Made by a program: the position numbers and the translations under genes
Assembly (NCBI GenBank): GCA_022605425.2
Contig: JAKIMF020000013.1
Coordinates: forward strand, 372,001 to 436,000
Direction: 5' to 3'
DNA length: 64,000 bases
DNA from: Hamiltosporidium tvaerminnensis FI-OER-3-3
Taxonomy: Eukaryota > Fungi > Microsporidia
Shown here: one piece after another, positions 13,411 through 26,412 of the stretch
Numbering within the stretch: position 1 is the first letter of the stretch
Layout of the letters: every line of letters starts with the position of its first letter
Notes under the pieces: generated by a model
What the model saw: only the letters and a program-made list of their open reading frames with translations
The model's database searches: none
Told to the model about the DNA's origin: nothing

Positions 13411-16084
13411 CTAGTAAAAAATCAAAATGAAATAATAAAAAATATATGGCATAATTTATTATCAATGAGATTAATGTAATTGAGATTTTTCAGGGATAAT
13501 CTTTTGAAATTGTGAATTAAATTTACTAATAGAAATTCTCAGTAATAAATTCAAGTGTTTATCTGTTAATTTAGATCAGTAAATATTTTTTGTATGCTTC
13601 ATTTTAGAAAATGTTGTTTTCCATAAATAGATAGAGCCGAAAGCGGAAATAAAACCTCGAGAAAATTTATGAAAGGATTGAATTGCGTGGCTGGAAGACT
13701 CTTATAGAATTTCAGAAATATATTTGTCTATTTTTAATAGAAATATCGTTAATATACATGTTTATTTTTATGAACATCTATATGAAATCATAAAAATTTG
13801 TTCAAAAAATATAAATAATTAAAACTGCAGAAATATTTTTCATTATGGTGGCATAAGATTTATTATTTCTTGGCCTAACTGACTTTTTTTAGAAGTCAAT
13901 TTGGTCCACATGCCAAGACTTGTGAAACCTTTTATCTAGTTTATCAAAATGAACAATTTTATATAAATATTTAGGCATAATTTCAACAGCTGTGCTTTAT
14001 TTCATGAAGTATTGACAAAGTAAATATATTTAGTTACATTTTTTTTTATTTTCCCAAAGTTTAGCACAATCTTTTTTTGATAATAATCTTAATAAATAGC
14101 TCGTTTTGAAGGCACAAGTGTGTTTGTCTCTAAGCAGTGGATACTGTTATACATCTATTTTTATCTGATGATATCTTTCTAAAAAATTGCTAAAATAATA
14201 TTCAAAATTTATAACTGTTTTACATAAATAAAAGCATGACACTTACTTTCCAGAGTATAAATAAAGCCTATCATGTATATAGAAGAAAATTGCATTGTAA
14301 TTCTCTTTACCTTTTAAAATATAGTTGGTAGTGTTCCTATTGTTCTTATGTTCGTTATTTTAGAATTTCGAAATTTTGATTGCTATTTACGAATTTGTAA
14401 TATTAATTTTCTAGTTTAATCTTTTTTATTTTTCGGGTCTGAATCCTGTTTTCATCCTCAAATTAACAACAAAAGATTTCTTATTAGTACCTTGATAGGT
14501 TCTATTGTTCAATTACACCTTTAGAATTCTTGATTCTACCTTTAAATTTTTTCTAATCTAGAATTTTACTTCAATACTCGAAACTAAACGAGCAATTATA
14601 AAAATTAATTTTATAGAATATTTTTATTAAAAAATTTCTTTTTGATTATCTTTCTTATATAAACGCTATTAAAATAAAAGAAGTATAAATTATAAATTAA
14701 GCATTAAATTCACCAATTATTATATTATGAGTTTCTATGGCTTTATTAATAATCTAAATTATCAGTAATTTTATTTGCAAAATAAAACATTTCGTTTAAG
14801 CGATCTATTTTTCATAATTATGTACGCAATTAACCATAAAAATGTATTTTAATATCATAAATAAATTTTAGTGGTTTGATTTGATCAAAATATCAAAATT
14901 AATATAATATAAATTATTATGGTAATTCAATTAACAAAATAGTATTTGCTTGGTGAAGAAAATTACTGTCAAGACTAGATATTGATTATACCAAGAAATT
15001 TAATTTATAAATATTGCTTAATAATAATCACATATATTAGCCAAAAACTTAAGTGTATGTAATTTCAACTAACAGGATGCCTGGATCAAGGATTTACATA
15101 TGAAATTTTTCACAACTTTAATCAGAAATTCGAAGAGAATTTCAAATTTGGCTAGATGGTAAAATTATTTTGGGACAAAAAGAACTTTATTTGGCAGGTA
15201 TGGAATATAAAAGTCTCGCTTTAAACCGAAATCTATAAAAATAGATGATTATAATCTATTAGACATTAAAAAACATATGCTTTAAGACTCACATACAGAG
15301 ATAAATGCATATCTTTCGATTTATAGAAGAATAATAAATCGTATCTAAAATTATACTTTATATTTGTTCCATTTTGTAGTTCGAAATTGCTTGGAAATTT
15401 TTCTAAAACAAATATCATTAAATTAATTTTATCTTATTGCAGATTAAATATCTTGTCTCAAATCATTTTTCTGTTGATTTTATTATACTATGACAATAAA
15501 CTAAAAAAACGTAAAATATTCTAAAATAAAATATACGATGCAATTATAAACAATGAATTCATAAAAATGATTTATTCTTACATATATGAAAGTTCTAATC
15601 AAGTTTTTAACATGAATTTATAATTAATAATCCTTATACTATCTTAGAAAAGCAAATTTAATAATTGCAAAATTCGGTAAATTAATACAAATTTATTGAA
15701 AAAATATCAAAATGAAATTTTTAGCAAACTTAAATAAAATTCGAAGGTTTTAAAGTTTTTTCCAGTTTTTAAAAGTACAATTTCCATTTTTATATTTTTT
15801 TTACTAAAAATATCATTTTACGAATGAAATTTAATTGAAATTTGCGAATAAACGTTTCAGAATTTATTAATAAAAAGTTAAACTTCATCACAATAAACTG
15901 TAAATGTCTTTTATGTACGAAGAACGAAAACTATATGGTTAATAACTTTTAAAAAATTATGGCTTTTTTTGTGCAAATTAATTTTATTTAAATAAAAGTT
16001 TATTTTTGGAAATTTATAGGAAATTTAAATTAATTTTAATGTGTAAAAAGAAATATTTTTTAAGATCTTATCAACTTTCTATAA

Positions 16085-16612
16085 ATGGTAGAAGAGAAAA
16101 ACGAAAGCAATGAAGAATTTTTCAATACAATTGATCTTTTCAACGAATGTGGATTAGATAAGAAAAAAACACTTATCTCACAGAAATCAGAACCTAAAGA
16201 AGCGATTAACTTTGACCAGAACGAGTTTATTTCGAATTCTAATAAAGAAGCCAAATATCAGCCATGCGATTCTTGGATGGATTTTGTATATAGTTATAAA
16301 ATATTGTCTTCTCAGCAAAAAAAAGGAATGGATGAATTTTTCTCACAGGATTCTTCCTTGTGGACTAAGAAAAACCTTAGAGATTTATCTCACACATTAA
16401 AAATTCCATATAGAACAATTATTGAAACCGCTAGTAAAAAACTTGTAAATAAAAAAGATCTTATTGTGGATTATGTAACGTTGTACAAAGAAGAATTGTC
16501 AGAACTTGATATATGCATATCCAGATCATGGAATTCGTATGTACGAATGGCAAGACATTTTTATGATCAAATAAAACATTACAAATCAAAAAATAAAGAG
16601 GATGAAAATTAA
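16085..16612 (+). CDS. Hypothetical protein, possibly with a degenerate homeodomain-like helical module
   Basis: Clean 175-aa ATG ORF. LSSQQKKGMDEFF...KKNLRDLSHTLKIPYRTI has homeodomain-like spacing but lacks WF-N. Confidence 0.7.
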   Translation: MVEEKNESNEEFFNTIDLFNECGLDKKKTLISQKSEPKEAINFDQNEFISNSNKEAKYQPCDSWMDFVYSYKILSSQQKKGMDEFFSQDSSLWTKKNLRDLSHTLKIPYRTIIETASKKLVNKKDLIVDYVTLYKEELSELDICISRSWNSYVRMARHFYDQIKHYKSKNKEDEN

Positions 16613-17677
16613 AAAGTATAATTTGATATTAATTCTTAAATCATTTAACTATTTTATTATAGATGATTAGATTAGAAGTTATTTCTAATTACTAATTCTT
16701 GTCTTTTTTAAATATTTTAGTTATTTCAAGTATTGTATAAATATTTTTCTGATTACAATATAAATCTTTACATCGTGTTTTTAATATTTTTGTTTCCTGA
16801 TGATCTGTATTCCGTTATTCAGTAAGTATTTTGTTTTTCTATTGTGTAGATTTAATATAAAGTAACTGATATTTCAGAATATATCTAATTAAATATGTAT
16901 TTTAAAACTCTTCAAGATTAATTAAAAATTAATGGTTTAGAAATGAAAATGAAAACTATAAAATTGTTTTAAAAGTTAAAATAGATTTATAAATCAAATA
17001 CAAGAATAGATTGGTAAAGACTTGTTTCATAGGGAATGTAATAAAAAGAGAGTATTAGGAGGTATATTTTATTGTATGGAAAGGTTAAAATTTTATGAAA
17101 ATAGTATTTATAGAGATTTCTTTAGTCATATCAGATGAAATGATTTGGATATAAATTTCAAATCTGATTCTTTTTTGGTAATTAGTGACCAAAAAAAATT
17201 ATTTTTAGTTCAAATTTGTCAAAAAATATTTTTAACTTCAACTGAGATTTCAAAATTCTTTTACATTTAATTTGCCCTAAAAATCTGAAATATATGTAAA
17301 TCTCTTATTTATTGTAAGAAATTTTATAACCCGTGGTTTTATAGCAAAAAATAGGCATATATTACAAAAATCGATTTTTAACGCAATGCTATAAAAATTA
17401 GAGCAGATTAAAGCATTCATTCTTACACTTCCTCGTATTTTAAATCCTATATTTCAAAAACTAGTATATTTTAAATATTATTTTCTTCAAGTCATAGATA
17501 AAAAACTATAAAAAGGTTTGATTAAATTAATATTTGCTTCTCGCATATAAAAAAAATATTTTATTTATGGCATGAGCCAATTATCATATCCTTCTGAGAT
17601 TTTAATTTGTAATTTTCTATATTTTTTCATTTTGTGTTAAAAGTTTTACTAAATTTTTAAATTTTTAAACTATTTTT

Positions 17678-18389
17678 ATTAAATAAATATATCATTCACT
17701 ACATGCGTGACATAATTTATACTGTTTTCTGTCTTTGGCGCAGTTCTAGATTTTTTTGAATAGCTGCGCTCTAGAACCCCATCGGTATTTTTAAGGAATA
17801 CATCCCAAAGCTTTCTATTATAAGGAAGTGTAGTAGTTCAATTAATGAGCGAGGAAGGTGGAAGGTGTTTGTTGATTACTGTTGTCTTGTGAGTAATACA
17901 AGTGCCAAACTTAAAGTAAAATACCTCGAGACTAACATAATTCCCATATAAACTAAATTTTTAGGGTCTAATATAATTCTAGCTAAGATATATATCAGCG
18001 ACTTACACGGGCTCAAATAGAAATTGCAGTGCAATACTAATATATTGACCTGCTACCCAATATTCTTGGTTTTTTAAATAAGTTTTTTATGTTATTCAAG
18101 CCGAAGTCTTCTAACCCGAATGAGCTTGGTTAGGTTTTCTACCTTCTACATGGTATTTACCTCTAAATTAAACGGTAGTTTCTAGTCTAATTACATAAAA
18201 AACTATAAAGTTATTTCTACCAAAGATTTGCCTTTTTGTAGACCTCGTCTTTCTATACAAATTCTAAATTACACAACATAAAATTACGTGCGCCTTTCAT
18301 TTTACAAAACATGAAAACAATTATCTTCACACCAATTTTATGTAATTATTACCAAGCAGATAATTTTTAAAGCGGTTATCATCCTTCCA
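17678..18389 (-). mobile_element. ~720-nt dispersed non-coding element, diverged copy
   Basis: Colinear with 57139-57864 (GCAGTTCTAG, CTAGCTAAGATATAT, AAGTCTTCTAACCCGA, TACATAAAAAACTA, CCAAGCAGA). Confidence 0.85.
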
Positions 18390-19792
18390 GGTTGTAAAAT
18401 TGCTTAATATTAAAAAATTTCAAATATTTTTTTTCGTTTGTACATAATTACTCAGTATGATTTATTTCAGGCTTCATTGGATTGTTTTTTTTCATTTATA
18501 ATAAACAGAATAGCTTTTTGTCTTCAAATTAAAAATTTTTTTACAAATTGAAATAATTTTCAATTTTAACATAGAAAGGAATTAAGAATTATTCAATCTT
18601 TAGAATTGGTGGCATTGATTAGACCATCCAACCTTGCCTAGCTTTTTATCACAAAAGTCTTGTACCAATGCTCTTTTACATGAATAGAGTTGGCAGAATA
18701 TCCCATGCTATCTTCTATTGTCCCCAATCCATACACCTTCATTTATTATTTTCTTTTTATCATTTTTATAATTGAGTATAAGTTTTTTTGTCAAGTTCTT
18801 TATAATAGAATTTTCATATCTTTTTGATACTTTCTTGCGATGTTTTTTTTTTATATTGATGATAAACAAATAAAAGTATTTTATTTGATAATCAACATTG
18901 TTCTTTTAGGAATTTTTTACTGGTAGATTTCAGGTTTTCTTTAGAGCTTTTTGGTTTTCGATTTTCAGGTTAAAAAAACTGAACTAAGTGTCTTTTGACA
19001 ATTTTTTGTAATCATGTCTTTGAATTTTATTCTGCACAGTGCTTTATGAATATATTTCTTCATTTGGTAAAATATAATTCTTAAACGTATAATAAAGAAA
19101 TATTTTGTGTCTATAGTTTGAGTCAGATAAATGTCTTTTATATCAACCTGTAAGTTTAAGGTTTAAACACATCCTGAAAATTTAGAACAAAATACTAAGT
19201 ACTTTTTTATTCTATGATCATAATTAATTTGTTTTTTTATTCATAGAAACATATACTATTTCTTATTTCGAACCTTCGAATTATGATATCTTTTGATTTG
19301 ATTGCATATTCTGTGTACATGTTCTATATAATAAATAAAATTAATTCTTTTACATTGTTTTTAAGTCTCGGATTTATACAGGCTTAGACAATTATACTTG
19401 TATATTGAGTAGATCTAATAAAAACCATTTTTTTTGGACAAATCGATTCTTCGTCTTTATCCTTTTCATATATTTTGAAATGCCTTTATATAATCATAGT
19501 AAAATTGAAAGTAGAACACGTGATTTATATTCACGGGTTCGAATTTGTTTTTACCTCTATATTTAATCGAAACGGATAGCAATAATATGTTTTACTAATT
19601 AAAATTACGGTTGAAGAAGTATCTATTAAATATTTTTTAGATTAGATTTTACGTTTTTACTCAGTAAATCGTTTTTAAAAACAGGGTATTTCAGGTGCAA
19701 CACTAAAAAGACTAATAAAAATACAATAAACATATTTTTCAAAGAAATATTAAAAGTCTAAAATATTAAATAAAATAATATTCAATTTATTT

Positions 19793-21202
19793 TCATTTAT
19801 TATTTATATTTGCCTTATATGTATAATTCAAGTATTCTTGGAGAAATGCATTATATTGCTCTTTCTTTAAAAAAATTATAAGCATCAGAAGAGGCACTAT
19901 TATAGGTGCAATCAGTTCCACAAATAGAATGACTAAATTAAATCGGAACATATATTTTGAACTATCAAACCTTTTAGATTTCTTCGAGTATTTATTAATT
20001 TTTTGCTTTTCATATAGATTTTTCAATCTATTTGTTGCAAATATTGTTAAAATTAGAAATAGAAATCTTAACAGCAATCTATCTGAAATATAATTTCCAA
20101 ATATGGCGGTTTGCTTGTTAACGTTAGGATGAAACTCGTTGATATATAAAAAAAGGCACCGAATCAAATCGTACATGTAAAAAATGACAAATAATTGCAA
20201 AAAATTACTTACAAAGTAATATAAACACTCGTATTTGTATTCATACCGTTGATTCACCCATTTCTTATAAATTATTTTTTTTCTTTTTAATTTATTTTTC
20301 TTCTCGTGATATAATTTTTGATTATATGACTCCTTTTCTTCGAACTTGCAAATTAATTTTTTATCGATCAAATAATTTGAGTTATTTAGAGTTTTTCTTA
20401 GTATCTTAACAAAATAAAATATAAAATTATAAATTAAAATAACTGGTGATATTACTAATAATATAAATGAAAATAATATAAATCTTTTCTTCAGAATAGC
20501 AAGATAATGTATATCTATTTTGTCGGTTCTTGATTTACTCATTTCGTTTTTTGATACAAGTATTTGTACGATATTTTTGAAATATTTTGTGTAAAATATA
20601 TTTTTGTAAAATACATTTTTAAAAACACTATTAGTAACAAATTTTCGATAAAAATAATATTTTCGCAATAACATTCTTCTTATTTCTTCTTCTGTTAAAT
20701 CAATATTGTTGATTTTCTTTTCTATGTGAATTATATTTTTCAATATTTTCTTAAATCCATGATTTGGTTTGATCTTTAAAATATACTTAAAATAAACATA
20801 TCCCGTATAAAACATCATGAATTTTCTATAATATTCTACCAATTCTACTACTGAAACAATGGTTTGAAATATAAAAAGTATTATTTTTACCATTTTTACC
20901 ATAAATTTTGATTTTATTGCCGAATCTATATTGAAAATCTTAATTAATATAATTAATATTCCTATTTGGAAAATTCTAATGAAAATATCTTTAAATACAT
21001 TTTTAATGACTCGATTATTATGAATGTAATAATAGTATATACAGTCTATGTTATAGTAAGGTCTCTTTTCTTTTTTGTATTTCTCTATTATTGAACTTTC
21101 AATTCTTAGAAGTTTACCATATTTTTTATAAGAATATATAGGCATTTCTTTGGAGTCTGATTCAAACAATACATTTATTTCATCTTCAAAACACTCACCC
21201 AT
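19793..21202 (-). CDS. ATG9: Divergent, shortened Atg9-like multi-pass membrane protein (lipid scramblase family)
   Basis: Ordered Atg9-like blocks recalled from the family: IDCIYYYY (cf. LD.F...YxYY), LTEEEIRRMLLRKYYFY (cf. L.AHDI.NRIMRKENY), LKKRFILFSFILLVISPVILIY (cf. L..RF...G...L.LSPFI.IY), YNQKLYHEKKNKL (cf. FNELPH.F..RL), FNLVILFVELIAPIIVPLLM (cf. K....LEEL.S....PFIL). Confidence 0.7.
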   Translation of the reverse strand: MGECFEDEINVLFESDSKEMPIYSYKKYGKLLRIESSIIEKYKKEKRPYYNIDCIYYYYIHNNRVIKNVFKDIFIRIFQIGILIILIKIFNIDSAIKSKFMVKMVKIILFIFQTIVSVVELVEYYRKFMMFYTGYVYFKYILKIKPNHGFKKILKNIIHIEKKINNIDLTEEEIRRMLLRKYYFYRKFVTNSVFKNVFYKNIFYTKYFKNIVQILVSKNEMSKSRTDKIDIHYLAILKKRFILFSFILLVISPVILIYNFIFYFVKILRKTLNNSNYLIDKKLICKFEEKESYNQKLYHEKKNKLKRKKIIYKKWVNQRYEYKYECLYYFVSNFLQLFVIFYMYDLIRCLFLYINEFHPNVNKQTAIFGNYISDRLLLRFLFLILTIFATNRLKNLYEKQKINKYSKKSKRFDSSKYMFRFNLVILFVELIAPIIVPLLMLIIFLKKEQYNAFLQEYLNYTYKANINNK

Positions 21203-21795
21203 TTGTTTATGAAAGCATATCTTGAAACAAATTTTTTATAAAGATTTTTTTTAAAAAAAATAAATTTTAAAATATTTATATTTTTAAAAGTTTATACCAA
21301 AAATAAATTTGGCGATGAATTTGATTAAAAGTATACTTAATCGAGTAAATAACAGAAATATTATTTTAGATGTTTGTTGAAGGTTTATAATTCATTAGAA
21401 ACACAAGATATTTAGAAAAATCATGAAATAAAATTCTAAACTAGTAACATTCATTTTAGATTGTTAATGAAAAATATTAATAATTTTCTTAAAAATAAGC
21501 TAGAAAAAGGCAGAAATATATTTTTACTATTGATCTTGAAAATCCAAATTACGTAAAAGATATAACAAAACCACAACAAAATATTTTGTTATATCAAATA
21601 TATACAAAGATAAATTAATTTTAATTAGAAAAAAAAAACAATTTTAAAAATGTAAAAATTTTTAAAATTATTGCATTTGAGTTTAAATGGCGTGTTTATA
21701 AGTCATTTGTAAGAAATCACACATAAAATAAAATTTATCTTTTTATAAATTTATCACTAATTTATTTAAATATTTACAGGGTTTGTTTTGTTTAC

Positions 21796-22512
21796 ATGTT
21801 TGAAAATAAACATTCGACTGAAGAAGATTCGAATATAAGTGAAATACACACAGATATAGATCGATGTAATACGGGACCTATATTTCTTAATAAGTTACAT
21901 AGCGATACAGATATATATACACCCAGAGTACGCTATGGTAAATCTTCTGATACTAAAAAACCGGGTTTTTCATATTCTGAATTGATTGTACAGGCCATTT
22001 CTAGCAGTGAGGAGGGAAAGCTGACACTGAAAGATATATATGCGTGGATAAGTACACGATTTCCATTTTATACCAGAGAAAAAGCAGGCTGGCAGAATTC
22101 CATCCGACATAACCTTTCATTAAACAAAATATTCTATAAAATTCCTAAATCGCCACATTCGAAAGGCAAGGGATCTTTTTGGTCAATTAATACTGATTTT
22201 TTAAAACCATCTGAACATAAAATTCGTCGGTATACCAGTAGAGCACCTCGTTGTAGAAACACAACATTTATCAAGACACACTTCTCAGATATCGAAAATA
22301 AAAACTCATTAGTGGAAATACTTGATAATAATCGCACATTTCTTCATCCTATATGTATAACCGAACCTAAAATATCAGATAAACCTATTACTACTGTTTT
22401 CACTGGTGACCTTAATCAACTTAGTGATAGTTTAGACACAACAAATGAAACTAATTTGTATTCAATACACGAGAATACATCTACAAATCACATTTTCAAA
22501 TTCAATAGATAG
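21796..22512 (+). CDS. Forkhead (winged-helix) transcription factor
   Basis: KPGFSYSELIVQAI...LTLKDIYAWI...FPFY...GWQNSIRHNLSLNKIFYKIP...GKGSFW is a canonical forkhead domain. Confidence 0.96.
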   Translation: MFENKHSTEEDSNISEIHTDIDRCNTGPIFLNKLHSDTDIYTPRVRYGKSSDTKKPGFSYSELIVQAISSSEEGKLTLKDIYAWISTRFPFYTREKAGWQNSIRHNLSLNKIFYKIPKSPHSKGKGSFWSINTDFLKPSEHKIRRYTSRAPRCRNTTFIKTHFSDIENKNSLVEILDNNRTFLHPICITEPKISDKPITTVFTGDLNQLSDSLDTTNETNLYSIHENTSTNHIFKFNR

Positions 22513-24625
22513 AAATAAATGCAAAATCTTGTTCAATGTTTTAATTTTCTATTTACATTTTAAAATAATATGTTAAGTTTCTCTAAATAGATTAATATTT
22601 TCTTTTGTAACTAAATTTAAAATTTTATAAACAATCAATTCTTTATTTGCTAATCTATGAATCTATTAAAATATATTCATTTAATGTAAAATTTATTTTT
22701 AGATTCAAATTATATTTATATTGAACATATAATTAGCTTGTTTTTGGTGTATACACCAGCTCTATTAAGTAATCTTAATAGAAAATATATTCAGTAATCC
22801 TCGTATTCTAATACTATAGTGGTTAAAATCAAATATTTTTATAAAAATCTCGCTTTTATAATAAAACGGCTTGGATAAAATTCTCTATTCATTATTCATT
22901 TTAATTTAAACTTAAGAATATATATTGATGTGAAAATATTTCTTATAATTGAAGAAATTAGAACAAACGAGCGAAAACGCCTGTCTAACTTTTAATTGAA
23001 TCATTATAAAATATATTATTGCATTAAATATCATAATAAACGTTTGTTAAAACGGGCTTACTTTTCCAATTGCACAGTCAAAAACGTTTATAGTTGATAA
23101 AGTGATGAATATCAATGAGAAGAATAAAACGAGGGCCCTATACTATATATGAACTTCTTTGAAGATGTATAAATAATATTGGATGGAATTGCGATGTTTA
23201 CTTTGGCACCTTGTTTTTCTTTGCGAATTAAAGATATTTTGATTGTAAAGATATAAATCCTAAGCGAGAAGTGAGTAAATCAAGTTAGAACCATAAAAGA
23301 TTTTTAATTTTAATATGAGACGAAGAAGTGATTACGGAATAAAAATGAAGAAAGCACGGCGGAAAAATCTTAGAACGAAATAGAAAATTACTTGCTAAAT
23401 AATAGCGCCAAAAATGAAAGCTACATTGTTTAATAAGCTTCACAAAATGGAAACCATAAATTTATGCGATCAAAAAATGTTTTCATACGTTTCGAATGAA
23501 GTTATTTTGGAATAAAATGCTAATATGTTAAAATTTATTTTATCTAGTAAAAACTGTAATCAAATGAACGAATAAGTATATAAAGTGCCGAGAGAAGGAA
23601 AGTAGACCATTTGATTGTGTGTTTTGGTAAAAACATTTTTTTTAAACTCCTCTACATTAATGCTAAACATATATCAAATTATTCTGTGCAAAATGATTTT
23701 AGAAAAAGAGTATAGTAATATGAGCTGAAACCAGGATAAAATCTGATATTGATATAAAAATTTTGGATGTAGATCTAGTATTAATATCATTTACAAAATT
23801 TTAATGAGATTGGAATCATTCAAGTAGGAATTACTTTGTTAAATTCAATTAAAATAGTTGAAATTGACAAACTTATAAAATTATGATCTAAAAGCTATCG
23901 TGTAAAATTTTATTTATAGATCTACTGCGATATAATACATTCTTTTATAACACAAACTGGCATTTTTACAATTATAAAATCGCTTAAGAAGTTCCGAATA
24001 CTCATAAGAATATCAAAAGTATATAATATTAATCTGAAAGCACTAACTAATCATTTTCTTTTTTTTTCAATAAGAGTGTTAATCCAAATCATTACACGAG
24101 TCGAATTTAGAAAAACCATCAGTAAACGCCACAAAAAGAGCAGAAATACGAGAATAATTTAAAATCTGTATATTATACGTTAACAAGAACAGATGTTTAG
24201 CCAATCAAAGCGCAAATAGTATAAATATTCATGTATGCAATGATTCAACCAATACTGACTTTGATAAAACTGATTCATTTGCGATCGAACTACGAAGTTA
24301 TAAAAGATATAAATGGCTACTTCTCTAAAAAAAATCAGAATAACATAGTACCCAATAAATAAATAACTATGAATTCAATATATCCTTAAATCTTGTCGTT
24401 TTATAAACTATGAACCAAAAATTGTCACATACTCTAAAATTTTTTAAGAAATACTATCTTGTTCGGTTTTATCGGAAAAAGTTTCAGATTAAATTAAGCT
24501 CAATCTTCCAGGCTATTATTCGGTATAAAAAAAATATTAGATGCAACATATATATTTTTGATGAAGCAAATTCAAAATTAAGTAAAAATAGCATCGATTA
24601 TTGTGCTATAATTTTAGCTTTAGAA

Positions 24626-25720
24626 CTATATTTTTTCTAGAAACGAAAGTGTTGGTTTAATTTTATAATAATTCAAATATTTCAAAACATTCTCCCAGGA
24701 ATGAAATGTAATGAAATCATCGTTTATTATTGCCCATGTATTATCTTTCATTCTTTTTATAGCAATATAATGCCCTGAACTCTCATTTCCTAGATGGCAA
24801 CCAAAGGCAATCAATCTATATTTTATATTTTGGTCAAATACAATATTTCTATGAATATCGATTTCATCAGGAAGTGTTGCTTCATGATAAGGAGTATAAA
24901 GAACTAAAATATCAGGGAATCTTATCAGTTCTTTAGTTGTTTCGACTTCAATTTCTTCATTATTGTCATTTTTCTTTTTAAAAACCGCTTTTTCAAAATA
25001 TCTTTTTAAATCTTTATATAGATTAAATTTTTTTGTAGGCAATAAAAATGCATTTCCGGGCTCATACGTGATCTTGTTTTGCTCAGTATTAGATTCCTTA
25101 GATGAAATTTCAATAAGAAAGTATAATTTTCTAAATATGAAATTATGAATCGCAAAGTCGTCAAAAATATCAGGTGATATAATATTTCCAACATCGAAAT
25201 TTGGATCAAAACACCCATTTATTAAATTCAGATATAATGAATGTATATCTTGCTGTTGATTTAAATCTTCAAATTCTTCATTTGAAGTTATATCGACTAT
25301 TCTCTTAAGAAATTCTTTTGTATTTATAGTTTTATCTTTAGCTGCCATTCTTTCAAACAATTCTTTTAATATTTCTTTGACTTCAGTCATTTCAGAATCG
25401 TTCATAAAAAAGTCTTTTAAATCTTTACAAGAATACATACATTGTATTAGTGTGTTAAAATAACATAGGGAACCGCTGTTGATCAATGGACAAATATCAA
25501 TATGATCCAATGTTGTTTTAGATTCATTTTTCTTGAAATTCTGCGGTGCTAAACTTTCTCTTTGATGTATTTCACAGGTCTTATTTGTTTCTTTTACAGT
25601 AAAACGCTTTTTTAATATCAATAATCCAGTTACTACCCCAAAACCGTAAATATACAGAATAAGAAGTATTATAACAATAATAGTTATTATTCGTTGCTTC
25701 CTTGGATCAGATTCCATCAT
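24626..25720 (-). CDS. Ubiquitin-specific protease (peptidase C19) with N-terminal transmembrane anchor
   Basis: Cys box LINSGSLCYFNTLIQ, QQDIH box, His box HLGNESSGHYIA and WAIINDD. Hydrophobic segment at about aa 10-36. Confidence 0.9.
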   Translation of the reverse strand: MMESDPRKQRIITIIVIILLILYIYGFGVVTGLLILKKRFTVKETNKTCEIHQRESLAPQNFKKNESKTTLDHIDICPLINSGSLCYFNTLIQCMYSCKDLKDFFMNDSEMTEVKEILKELFERMAAKDKTINTKEFLKRIVDITSNEEFEDLNQQQDIHSLYLNLINGCFDPNFDVGNIISPDIFDDFAIHNFIFRKLYFLIEISSKESNTEQNKITYEPGNAFLLPTKKFNLYKDLKRYFEKAVFKKKNDNNEEIEVETTKELIRFPDILVLYTPYHEATLPDEIDIHRNIVFDQNIKYRLIAFGCHLGNESSGHYIAIKRMKDNTWAIINDDFITFHSWENVLKYLNYYKIKPTLSFLEKI

Positions 25721-26412
25721 AAAACTTAATATATTCTTATTTATATTAATATTTTGTGTTTATCTCCACTTTGATATCCGTGTCATTAAAAATGTCCAAA
25801 AAAGGAAAACTATTTATTGATAAATCTTTTTAAAATACTATTTTTTACATTTAATTGGTTGGATAAAAGTATAAAAATATAAAATAACTATATTTCACAA
25901 CTTTTAAGTTATTATTGGCTTCCTTTCATGATTTATCTAAACTTTAAATTTTTTCTTTAAAGTATTTAAGATAAAAGATAACCATTTTTTGAAATAAGAA
26001 ATCATAAACTTAATTCTTATGTATCACAAAATTAAATGATTAAAGCTTATCTTGTTCAATAAAAATATCTGACATGTTTTTATTATGTAATTTTAAATCA
26101 TTGAATCCGTTACTAAAAAAAATTCTAAAAATCATAAATTTGTGCATCATATGTCTAAAAAAATCATGCTCCTATACGCCATTAATTGTTTGAACTATAA
26201 TGAATTTTCGATTATTATTTTATACGGAAATTACTAATAAATACAAATTTATTCTTTTTTTCTATATCATAAATCATTTTAATATTCGAAGCTCATGTAT
26301 ATAAAAGTATGGCATTGATTTAAAAGACAATTATTTGAGAAGTATTTAATAGAAGCTATACTACCGTGCTTTAGTTTATTTTAAAAAATGATATGTACAA
26401 AAATTAACAAAA

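Noticed and set aside
19793-25720. Atg9 plus USP30-like gene as a mitophagy gene cluster
   Set aside because: Proximity of two genes in a eukaryote, separated by an unrelated forkhead gene, is not evidence of functional clustering.
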